Assembly (NCBI GenBank): GCA_963422385.1 | Contig: OY729432.1 | Span: 1,109,666 to 1,173,665 of the forward strand | DNA from: Candidatus Binatia bacterium | GTDB taxonomy: Bacteria; Desulfobacterota; Binatia; UBA9968; JAJDTQ01 | Direction: 5' to 3' | DNA: 64,000 nucleotides | In this document: piece by piece, positions 1 to 7,824 of the stretch | Layout of the letters: each line of letters starts with the position of its first letter | Numbering within the stretch: the stretch's first letter is position 1 | Notes under the pieces: model-generated | Database searches by the model: none | The model's input: the letters and a program-made list of their open reading frames with translations, nothing else | Told to the model about the DNA's origin: nothing | Program-made: the position numbers and the translations under genes

Positions 1-753
1 GCTGAAGCCGAAGATTCCGAAGGCATCGGGGTTGGCGTCCAGCTTCTGCACGATCAGGTTGTCGTTCTCGCCCGCCTCGACGAACGCACCGTCCTCACGC
101 ATGGTGCGGCAAGCGGCCCGTCCGGGCTTCTTCGACATCTTCTTGATGGCGGCAAACGTCTTGCAGCCGGCGTCCATCACCAACTCGACGAACGCGTCCC
201 GCGTTCCGGACGTCGGCGGAGGGCCCAGCACCTCGATCTTCACGGCCGGGAGCTCGGAGTTGACATCCTTCCAGGTCTTGTAGGGGTTGGCCTTGCGCTT
301 GCTCCCGTTGGCATTGGCCGGCACTTCCTTGGCCAGGGCGAGAAAGAGATCACGCGGCGTGAGGCTCAGCGCTCCGCTCTTCTTCGAGTTGGCCACCGCG
401 ATGCCGTCGTAGCCGACCTTGAGCTCGACGATCTGGTTGACGCCGTTCCTGGCGCACCGCGTAACCTCGCTCTTCTTGATGCGCCGCGAAGAGTTGGTCA
501 TGTCGGGATGCTCCACGCCGACGCCCGCGCAGAAGAGCTTGAGGCCGCCGCCCGAGCCGGTGGACTCGACCTTGGGGGTCTTGAACTTGGTGGTCTTGCC
601 GAACTGCTCGGCGACCACCGTGGTAAACGGATACACCGTGGACGATCCGACGATCTGGATGTAGTCGCGCTGTTGCGCCGCCGCCGAGGTCGCCAGACCT
701 GCCACGGCCAGTGCAACCACTGCTGCCATTAACACGGCTTGCCGAAACATGGG
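1..753 (-). CDS. pstS: Phosphate ABC transporter substrate-binding protein (PstS-like). The N-terminus and signal peptide are in the window; the C-terminus runs past the window start.
   Basis: Reverse-strand translation begins MFRQAVLMAAVVALAVAGLATSAAAQQRDYIQIVGSSTVYPF...ESTGSGGGLKLFCAG, which matches the PstS/PBP type-2 fold motifs. The start codon is the complement of 751-753. Confidence 0.6.
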
Positions 754-894
754 GAAACCCTCCTTTTTGGTTATACCTTTGTCGCTGGGCTCAATCACCG
801 AGCGAAGGGTCCCATGACCCTGCCAGTGTTGGCAGGAATCTCACCGACGGTAATTATCAGTCTATGACGGCGACATCACAGAGAAATTAAACCA

Positions 895-912
895 CTGTTA
901 CAAGTCTGTTAC
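895..912. promoter_or_regulatory. Pho-box-like direct repeat (CTGTTAC-AAGT-CTGTTAC) upstream of the pstS-like gene
   Basis: Two 7-bp direct repeats separated by 4 bp, as in PhoB boxes, about 140 nt upstream of the pstS start. Confidence 0.25.
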
Positions 913-1039
913 GAAGGCAGGGGAAAGGAAGCCCCAAGGATCGAGAAGGCAGCGACGCGGCGGGAAGCGGGCGTCTTTCCTTTGCTGTGAAAATACAATT
1001 TTCATGCCTTCGGGGTGGTCGTGCAACGACCATGAGCGT

Positions 1040-1570
1040 TTAGGCGGAAGGCGCGGTCTCGTTCTGTGACCTGCCTTCCTGGCCGATCTCGTCCAGACGC
1101 CGCTGAAGCGCCGACCGATCGAGAGAGGTCAGGGGCAGGCTCACGAAAATCGAGATCCTGTTGTAGAGCATCCGGTAGACGTCGGCGAAGTCCATTCGTT
1201 GCTCGGCCTCGTTACCTTCCACCGCGGCCGGGTCGGGAATACCCCAGTGGGCGGACATGGGTTGGCCGGGCCACAGAGGACAGACTTCCTGGGCCGCCTG
1301 ATCGCAAACCGTGAACACCAACTGCATCTCGGGGGCTCCGGGGGCCGCGAACTCGTCCCAACTCTTGGAGCGGAGATCGTCCGTCAGGTAGTTGAGCTTC
1401 TTCAACGTCTCGATGGTGTGTGGGTTGATCTCGCCCTTTGGGTGGCTGCCGGCGCTGAACGCCCGAAACCGCCCTCGTCCCAGGCGGTTCAGGATGCATT
1501 CGCCCATGACGCTGCGGGCGGAGTTCCCGGTGCACAGGCAAAGCACGTTGAAGAGTTTGTCGTCACTCAT
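1040..1570 (-). CDS. arsC: Arsenate reductase ArsC (LMW-PTP-like, thioredoxin-coupled)
   Basis: MSDDKLFNVLCLCTGNSARS carries the CX5R P-loop of LMW-PTP ArsC. The listed ORF 1040..2410 is an artificial fusion with an antisense frame. Confidence 0.8.
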   Translation of the reverse strand: MSDDKLFNVLCLCTGNSARSVMGECILNRLGRGRFRAFSAGSHPKGEINPHTIETLKKLNYLTDDLRSKSWDEFAAPGAPEMQLVFTVCDQAAQEVCPLWPGQPMSAHWGIPDPAAVEGNEAEQRMDFADVYRMLYNRISIFVSLPLTSLDRSALQRRLDEIGQEGRSQNETAPSA

Positions 1571-1593
1571 AATATGGACCTTCTGGGTCGTGA

Positions 1594-2364
1594 TTATTGG
1601 ACTGACGTGGATCCCGGCTTTCGCCGGAATGACGGATCGGGGACACCGTCGCCTGTTTCGGCTTCGATGACGGCCGAGGCCGGACGTCCGGGCGGCACCA
1701 GCCACCGGAACAACGCGGTGGCCGCGCCCGCGCCGATGAACTGCACCACGATGAACGCGGGGGCGTGCATCGGGTATATCCCCGCGAAGGTGTCCGAAAG
1801 CGTCCGGGCCACGGTCACCGCAGGATTGGCGAATGACGTGGACGAGGTGAACCAGTAGGCCGCGGTGATGTAGCCGCCAACGGCGAACGGCACCGCCGAG
1901 CTCCGCAGCCTCACGCAGCCCTGGATCACCGAAAGCAGGCCGAAGGTCGCGACGAACTCGCCCAGCCACTGTCCCGCTCCGAAGCGATGCTTCTGCGAGA
2001 AGAACACCGCGGGTTCGTCGAACATGAGGTTGGCCACGATCACTCCGACGATGGCCCCGATGACCTGCACGGCTACGTAGCCCGGAACGTCGCGCCACGA
2101 CAACCCGCCCAGGAAACCTTCGGCCACGGTCACCGCCGGGTTGAAGTGGGCGCCGGAGATGGGGCTGAAGGTCAGGATCAGCACCGTGAGCGCGGCGCCC
2201 GTGGACACCGTGTTGGCAAGCAAGGCCACCGCGACGTTGCCGCCGGCCAGCCGCTCTCCCATGATGCCCGACCCCACCGCCGCGGCCAGCAGGAACGCCG
2301 TACCGACGGCTTCCGCGGTCAGGCGACGCGGGAAGTCTTTCGGGTTTTTTTCGGTTTGCTCCAT
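1594..2364 (-). CDS. MIP-family aquaporin/aquaglyceroporin, a likely arsenite channel in an ars operon
   Basis: Two NPA motifs (HFNPAVT, ANPAVT) and six TM segments; it sits between arsR and arsC. Confidence 0.85.
   Translation of the reverse strand: MEQTEKNPKDFPRRLTAEAVGTAFLLAAAVGSGIMGERLAGGNVAVALLANTVSTGAALTVLILTFSPISGAHFNPAVTVAEGFLGGLSWRDVPGYVAVQVIGAIVGVIVANLMFDEPAVFFSQKHRFGAGQWLGEFVATFGLLSVIQGCVRLRSSAVPFAVGGYITAAYWFTSSTSFANPAVTVARTLSDTFAGIYPMHAPAFIVVQFIGAGAATALFRWLVPPGRPASAVIEAETGDGVPDPSFRRKPGSTSVQ
1612..1636. repeat. Short GC-rich palindromic repeat (ccggctttcgccgg core), copy 1; it lies inside the 3' tail of the aquaporin ORF
   Basis: 22/22-nt identity with 11158-11179. The core is a 5-bp stem with a TTTC loop. 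Confidence 0.4.
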
Positions 2365-2696
2365 GGACCGTCCCGAGCCGGCTCACACACGGGGACCGTG
2401 CAGGCGTCAACGTTGCCGCCGCAACAGTTCTCCGTCAGGTAGCCGAGCAGTTCGTTCATGACCTCGAAGTTGGACCGGTAGATGAGCGAACGCGACTCCC
2501 GCCGGAACTCCACGAGCCCGGCCTGCCTGAGCGCATTCAGGTGAAAAGAGAGGGTGGCCGGGGGCAGGGAGAGCCGCTTCCCGATCTGCCCCGCGGGCAA
2601 CCCCTCGGGGCCCACCTCCACCAGCAGGCGGAAGATGTCCAGCCGCGTCTCCTGCGCCAGCGCTGCCAGCGCGCCCACCGCGTGCTTATGTTCCAT
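2319..2696 (-). CDS. arsR: ArsR/SmtB-family transcriptional regulator
   Basis: The HTH region LDIFRLLVEVGPEGLPAGQIGKRLSLPPATLSFHLNALRQAGLV and a C-terminal Cys cluster; it is the first gene of the ars operon. The start at MEHKHAV is chosen over the upstream ATG. Confidence 0.75.
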   Translation of the reverse strand: MEHKHAVGALAALAQETRLDIFRLLVEVGPEGLPAGQIGKRLSLPPATLSFHLNALRQAGLVEFRRESRSLIYRSNFEVMNELLGYLTENCCGGNVDACTVPVCEPARDGPWSKPKKTRKTSRVA

Positions 2697-2768
2697 ATTT
2701 CCAGTATTATGGAAAATATTGCATGAAATCAACAAATGGCGAAGACCTCGTGAAGAGATTTTCCGTCG

Positions 2769-3638
2769 CTACCGCCGGTCGGGCGAATGGCCCAAGCGCT
2801 CCAGAAGATAGGCTGGCAGACTCACGATCCGGATCTCGTCCATTGTGGTGACGAAGTATGGCGCCAGACTCGCCAAGTACCCGGTACGAAGCCCGTGCAG
2901 CCGCAGATAGCCGGCGATTCCTCGCATGTGCTTGCGGTTCACGGTCAGCGCCGCCTTGCATTCGACCGGAAGGGCAGTATCGCCCCGTTTCACGATGAAG
3001 TCGATCTCCACCCCTGACGGGGTTCGCTTCCAACCGGAGAGAGCCGTACCGGAGCGCGCCAGCTCGATGGCGGTCTGGTTTTCGATCACCGCGCCGAGAG
3101 TCGTTCGAGCCCCGGCGGAGAGGGTGTTGACGGCGCTGATGAACGGCACCGCGGACTCACGCAACTCGCTCAGCACGAGGTCGGAAAGGTGCTTCTTGTC
3201 ATGGGCCAGCAGGAATTCCGAGAACGAGAATGGCCCCAGGATGAAACGGCGAACACGGCCTACGGGATAGCGGGCCTTGGGGCGGAAAAGACGCGTGAGG
3301 GTGGAGCCCGACAAGATGACCGTGGCCTTCGGCCATTCTTCCTTCATGAAGCGCACGAACTCTCCGAGCTTGCGGCTCTCCTGCGCCTCGTCGATGAACA
3401 GAACCTGGTCTGCATCGCCCTGGAAATCGAAGCGGTCACGCAGCACGTCCTCGTATTCGGCAAAGTCCCGGCAATCATCGAAAACCGACCGAATCAGCGC
3501 GTCTCGCTCCAGATTCACGTGCACGGCGCACTTTGGGGATTGCTGCAGGACGCGTTCTGCCAGCGTGGTCTTTCCCACTTGACGGGCGCCTTCCAGGAGC
3601 AACACCGGCTTGAATCTTGTTTCTTTGTCATTCTGCAC
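2769..3638 (-). CDS. AAA+ family ATPase (AAA_14/DUF4143-type). The N-terminus may be longer than called.
   Basis: Walker A motif EGARQVGKTTLA near the N-terminus; the architecture is that of uncharacterised DUF4143 ATPases. Confidence 0.55.
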   Translation of the reverse strand: MQNDKETRFKPVLLLEGARQVGKTTLAERVLQQSPKCAVHVNLERDALIRSVFDDCRDFAEYEDVLRDRFDFQGDADQVLFIDEAQESRKLGEFVRFMKEEWPKATVILSGSTLTRLFRPKARYPVGRVRRFILGPFSFSEFLLAHDKKHLSDLVLSELRESAVPFISAVNTLSAGARTTLGAVIENQTAIELARSGTALSGWKRTPSGVEIDFIVKRGDTALPVECKAALTVNRKHMRGIAGYLRLHGLRTGYLASLAPYFVTTMDEIRIVSLPAYLLERLGHSPDRR

Positions 3639-3774
3639 TGGACGAACTTGGCGTTGACATCCATTTGCGAACCGGGCAAAGTCCCGGTTGTCGAGGATAC
3701 CATCAACACATCGAAGTGCACTTTATCCAGGCAAGCGGACCGTCTCGGAAACCAAGACATTCCAGGAAAAACGT

Positions 3775-4065
3775 ATGGCTTTACGAGTAGGCAATCGGGT
3801 ATGGCTTCCCTGTGAGGTGAAACCAGGACCTTTCTCGAACGAGCGGCTTGTTCGGGTCAAGCTCTCCACCCGTGAATGGATCGGATTCGTTGATACGGGC
3901 GCCCTGAAAGATGAAATAGAAACAGGCCCGACACATGTCCTTGCCATCCTGACCTCCATTGATGACGACTGCGCAACCGCCATCGTCCAGGGACATGCCA
4001 TCGATGCCCGATATGTGCAGGCATCAACCTCAGAGGTGGAACCGTTTGTTCCTCTCGCGCCCTGA
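3775..4065 (+). CDS. Hypothetical small protein (96 aa)
   Basis: An ORF with ATG in a lower-GC stretch; no recognisable motif; it overlaps the dcd start by about 20 nt. Confidence 0.3.
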   Translation: MALRVGNRVWLPCEVKPGPFSNERLVRVKLSTREWIGFVDTGALKDEIETGPTHVLAILTSIDDDCATAIVQGHAIDARYVQASTSEVEPFVPLAP

Positions 4066-4636
4066 CCTGATCGGATATCTTCAGGAGCGCCGTCTTCGCT
4101 TCGAGCCTGCCGTGTCCGAAGACAGGATAGCCCAGGTCTCCGTTGACCTCCTGCTCGGGAAGCGGTTTACGAGGTTCAAGAAGGATGTACCCGGCTATCT
4201 CACCTCCGTACGCATGGACCCCTCGCTTTGGAGTTCCAAAGACCTATGGGAGAACGAAGAGGCCGATACCTTCCGGTTGGAGCCGAATGAATTCGTCCTG
4301 GCGCAGACTCTGGAACGTGTCTGCATGCCGAATGACTTGATCGGGCTTGTCGAGGGGCGCAGCAGCTACGCAAGAATTGGCGTGACGGTCCATGTAACCG
4401 CACCGAAAGTCGATCCTGGGTTCCAGGGTCACATCACCCTGGAAATGGCAAACTTCGGGAAAATACCCGTAGAACTGCGAGCGGGTGTTGATAAACCCGC
4501 CCAACTCCTGCTCGCGAAAACAACCCAGCCGCTGCCCGAATCCGAACTCTACGGAACGGACCCGGCCGACCTGTTCCAAAATCAGACGGAACCCATTCCC
4601 AAATCCCGTCGCGGGCGACTCGGACCGGCGGTGTGA
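4046..4636 (+). CDS. dcd: dCTP deaminase
   Basis: LSRPDLIGYLQERRLRFEP...LEPNEFVLAQTLERVCMPNDLIGLVEGRSSYARIGVTVHVTAPKVDPGFQGHITLE matches the Dcd/dUTPase fold. A TTG start at 4046 gives a 196-aa protein. Confidence 0.8.
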   Translation: MFLSRPDLIGYLQERRLRFEPAVSEDRIAQVSVDLLLGKRFTRFKKDVPGYLTSVRMDPSLWSSKDLWENEEADTFRLEPNEFVLAQTLERVCMPNDLIGLVEGRSSYARIGVTVHVTAPKVDPGFQGHITLEMANFGKIPVELRAGVDKPAQLLLAKTTQPLPESELYGTDPADLFQNQTEPIPKSRRGRLGPAV

Positions 4637-4721
4637 GAACATCGCTCAGGCTGGCGCGGGTGGACAATCTCGCGTAGACTGGCCGCATCCATCCAGAACA
4701 TATTCGGACAAGGAGTGCGCA

Positions 4722-5474
4722 ATGTTACATGTCTTGCGTGTCGCGGCAGGGTGTCTGTTGCTTTTTCTCACGGGTGCTGGGTCGGCTGCAGGCGCCGAAC
4801 AGGCCGCGGGTCCACGCTCGGTGGAAGAGATCGAGAAGATCGTCCGCGAGTATATCCTGAAGAACCCGGAAGTGCTCTTCGAGGCCGTGCAGCGCCATCA
4901 GGAGAGGCAACGGCAGCAGCAGGCCGAGCGCGACCGCGCTGCCCTCAAGGAACACGCGAAGGCGCTTCTGACGGACCCGGACTCGTTCGTGGGCGGCAAT
5001 CCCGACGGTGACGTGACCTTGGTGGAGTTCTTCGACTACCGTTGCGGCTACTGCAAGCGTTTTGCGCCGACCCTGGCGAGGATCACGAAGCAAGACCCGA
5101 AGCTCCGGGTGGTCTACAAGGAGTTCCCGGTACTGGGTCCGGACTCGTTCCGGGCCGCCCAGGCGGCGCTAGCGGCTCGGAACCAGGGATACTACCTGGC
5201 GTTTCATGATGCCTTGATGGGCGCCGAGGGCCCGCTGACCGACGACGCCATCACGACCGTGGCGCGCTCCGTGGGCCTGGACACGAACCGCCTCAAGAAA
5301 GACATGGAGACGCCTAACGTCCTCAACGTGCTCGACAACAACCACCGTCTGGCCAAGGCGTTGCGCATCGACGGCACCCCGACGCTGATCGTCGGCGACG
5401 AGATCGCGAGGGGCGCCGTCCCTCTGGAGCAGCTCACGGCGATGATCGCCAGGGCCAGGGCCAAAGGCTCCTGA
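4722..5474 (+). CDS. DsbA-family thiol:disulfide oxidoreductase with a signal peptide
   Basis: CGYC (CxxC) active site in a thioredoxin fold, plus the signal peptide MLHVLRVAAGCLLLFLTGAGSAAG. Confidence 0.75.
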   Translation: MLHVLRVAAGCLLLFLTGAGSAAGAEQAAGPRSVEEIEKIVREYILKNPEVLFEAVQRHQERQRQQQAERDRAALKEHAKALLTDPDSFVGGNPDGDVTLVEFFDYRCGYCKRFAPTLARITKQDPKLRVVYKEFPVLGPDSFRAAQAALAARNQGYYLAFHDALMGAEGPLTDDAITTVARSVGLDTNRLKKDMETPNVLNVLDNNHRLAKALRIDGTPTLIVGDEIARGAVPLEQLTAMIARARAKGS

Positions 5475-5511
5475 CCCGCGGCCAATCCACCAAGAGCCGG
5501 CGCTTCGGCTC

Positions 5512-6315
5512 TTGTCCGGTTTCCCCGGTTGCCCCTTGACGGAGACGCTCGAAAAGATTCGCGTGGTGCTGGTTCGGCCCAAGGGATCCGGCAATATCGG
5601 CTCCGTGGCCCGGGCCATGAAGAATACCGGAGTCGGTGATATGGCGCTGGTGGGCGGCGGGCGCACCGAAAGCCTGTCCGCGCGCGCCATGGCGGTACAC
5701 GCGCGGGACATCCTCGACAACGCGCGCCGATTCGAGACCATCCGCGAAGCCGTCTCCGACTGCGGGCTGGTAGTGGGGACCACCTGCCGCAAGGGATTGT
5801 ATCGCGACCACGTAAAGCTCCCGCGCGAAGCGGCGCAAGATCTGGTGGCGGCCGTCCGAGGTGATGAAGCCAGACCGGCGGCGCTCCTGTTCGGGCCGGA
5901 GGATCACGGGCTCAGCAACAGCGACCTCAAGCATTGCCAACGCCTCATCACCATTCCGAGCCACCCGGAGCAGCCGTCCCTGAACCTGGCGCAGGCCGTC
6001 ATGGTTTGCCTGTACGAAGTCTACCTGGCGGCCGCGGTCGGCCCCGCACCCGCGGAACGCATTCACCGTGCGCCGGCGGAAGCGGCCGAAGCCCTGTTCG
6101 ACCGCATGAAGGAGACTCTCCTGAAAGTGGGCTTTCTCGACCCGCAGAACCCCGAACACATCCTGCTCGCGCTGCGCCGGATTCTCGGCCGCGCCGGCCT
6201 CGAGGAGCGGGACGTCAAAATCCTCAGCGGACTGTTCCGGCAGATCGAGTGGTACACCCAAGGGGGATGGAAAGTGGCGGAAGAAAAACGCCGGCAAGGG
6301 ATCAAGCTGCGGTAG
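5512..6315 (+). CDS. SpoU/TrmH-family RNA 2'-O-methyltransferase (TrmJ-like)
   Basis: IRVVLVRPKGSGNIGSVARAMKNTG at the N-terminus and the SPOUT C-terminal motifs. Confidence 0.75.
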   Translation: MSGFPGCPLTETLEKIRVVLVRPKGSGNIGSVARAMKNTGVGDMALVGGGRTESLSARAMAVHARDILDNARRFETIREAVSDCGLVVGTTCRKGLYRDHVKLPREAAQDLVAAVRGDEARPAALLFGPEDHGLSNSDLKHCQRLITIPSHPEQPSLNLAQAVMVCLYEVYLAAAVGPAPAERIHRAPAEAAEALFDRMKETLLKVGFLDPQNPEHILLALRRILGRAGLEERDVKILSGLFRQIEWYTQGGWKVAEEKRRQGIKLR

Positions 6316-6336
6316 CCGGTGTCCGGCATCTTCAAC

Positions 6337-6398
6337 CAGTGTGGTGTCCTATATGAACCGTGGATAATCTGCGCAGGACTTCCATGGTTTATACAGGC
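6337..6398. repeat. Intergenic repeat motif (GTGTGGTGTCCTATATGAACCGTGGATAA) plus an imperfect 16-bp inverted partner, sitting between convergent gene ends
   Basis: A 31-nt motif also present at 30094-30124 (3 mismatches). Here it forms a hairpin with ccatggtttatacagg. Confidence 0.4.
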
Positions 6399-7561
6399 TC
6401 CCAAGGCAGGCCCAGGACTCTCTTGGCGGTGACGTTGCGCTGGATCTCGCTGGTGCCTGCGTAGATGGAGATGCGCCGGACCTCGCGCCACAGCACCGAA
6501 ACGTCCACGGGACCGTCCGGCGTCTCCAGCGCCCCCGCTTCGGCGCCGTGCTCACCGGCCGCCTCCAGCAAGAGGTCGGCAATACGCTGCACGATATCGG
6601 TGGAGACGATCTTGATGAAGGACGAGTCGGCGCCGATCTCCTTGCCCGCCCGCGCGATCCGGACCGCGTGGGCGAACACGGCCGACTGCGCCAGCACGTC
6701 CAGCTCGGCCCTGGTCAGCCGGTCCTGGAACACCGGATCGTCCGCGGCGCCCGTGGCCCGGGCCACTTTCCGCACCCGCTCCAGCATGTCCAGGGCCAGT
6801 TGCGGATTGGCGTTGCCGAGGCGTTCCGAATCCAGCAGCGCCTTGGCCACGCGCCAGCCGTCGTTCAGCTTCCCCACCACGTTGGTGAGCGGCACCCGCA
6901 CGTTGTCGAAGAATTCCTCGGCGAACTCCTCGTCGTCGGCCAGCGTCCTGATGGGACGGATGGTGATGCCCGGCGTCCTGAGATCGATCAGCACCATGGA
7001 GATGCCCGACTGCTTGCGCGGGGCGGCCGGGTCGGTGCGGATCAGCGCGTACATCCAGTCGGCGTGGTGGCCCCCGGTGGTCCAGATCTTGTGACCGTTG
7101 ATGACCAGCTCGTCACCGTCGATCTCGCCCCGGGTACGCAGGCTGGCCAGATCGGACCCCGATCCGGGCTCCGAGTAGCCCTGTGCCCACAACACCTCTC
7201 CCGAGAGCATCCTGGGCAGGTGCTCGGTCTTCTGCTCCTCGGTGCCGTGGCGGATCAGGATCGGCCCGATGTGCCCCACCGCCTGCCGCGACAACACCGG
7301 CGCCTCGGCGCGGCCGAACTCTTCCTGAAGGATCAACTGCTGGTTGAGGGTGGCCTCCATGCCACCGTACTGCTTCGGCCAGTTGGGGGCGATCCAGCCG
7401 CGGTCGTAGAGCTTGCGCTGCCACGGCCGGATCATCTCCGGCGGCGGCCGGGTGGACCATCCCTTCAGTTCCTGCGGCAGATTCTCTTCCAGCCAATCCC
7501 GGACTTCCAGCCGAAACGCCGCGTCGTCCTTGGTGTCCGCGGTGAAGCTGATGGTGCTCAT
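6389..7561 (-). CDS. Acyl-CoA dehydrogenase
   Basis: ACAD N-terminal, middle and C-terminal domain motifs (GYSEPGSGSDLASL, ERLGNANPQLAL...). The start is at MSTISF. Confidence 0.85.
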   Translation of the reverse strand: MSTISFTADTKDDAAFRLEVRDWLEENLPQELKGWSTRPPPEMIRPWQRKLYDRGWIAPNWPKQYGGMEATLNQQLILQEEFGRAEAPVLSRQAVGHIGPILIRHGTEEQKTEHLPRMLSGEVLWAQGYSEPGSGSDLASLRTRGEIDGDELVINGHKIWTTGGHHADWMYALIRTDPAAPRKQSGISMVLIDLRTPGITIRPIRTLADDEEFAEEFFDNVRVPLTNVVGKLNDGWRVAKALLDSERLGNANPQLALDMLERVRKVARATGAADDPVFQDRLTRAELDVLAQSAVFAHAVRIARAGKEIGADSSFIKIVSTDIVQRIADLLLEAAGEHGAEAGALETPDGPVDVSVLWREVRRISIYAGTSEIQRNVTAKRVLGLPWEPV

Positions 7562-7655
7562 GGGGCGCACCCTACCAGATCCGGCCGGGGCGCGCGAGAA
7601 GCCGGAACCGGCGCCGAAAGTTGCCATGTCAGAGAAGGGTAAACCTGTACCGTAT

Positions 7656-7810
7656 GTCCTGTCCGGCTCACCCGGATGCCAACTTACCGGTCATTGTCGC
7701 CGTCGGCTTCGTTGCTCCCCCTCGCGTGGCGCCCGCCACTGCTCGTCGTCATGCCTTGCCGACAACCAAAATCCCTGCACGACTTGACATCCGGGTGAGC
7801 CGGACAGGAC
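7656..7810. repeat. Structured intergenic repeat, copy A: an ~80-nt conserved core inside a 23-bp perfect inverted repeat (7656-7678 and 7788-7810)
   Basis: The core gccgtcggcttcgttgctccccctcgcgtggcgcccgccactgctcgtcgtcatgccttgccgac is about 85% identical to 28953-29036. The flanking arms are perfectly complementary to each other but differ from the arms of copy B. Confidence 0.55.
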
Positions 7811-7824
7811 ACTGCTCCACTGCC

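Noticed and set aside
1040-2410. 456-aa minus-strand ORF spanning arsC and the aquaporin region
   Set aside because: Only its last 176 aa (ArsC) are protein-like. The remainder is an Arg/Gly-rich antisense read-through of the aquaporin gene, typical of high-GC DNA.
7656-7810. The structured repeat acting as a cis-regulatory riboswitch for the downstream ACS gene
   Set aside because: The second copy is antisense to both of its neighbours, so consistent cis-regulation is unlikely. It was kept as a repeat or structured-element finding instead.
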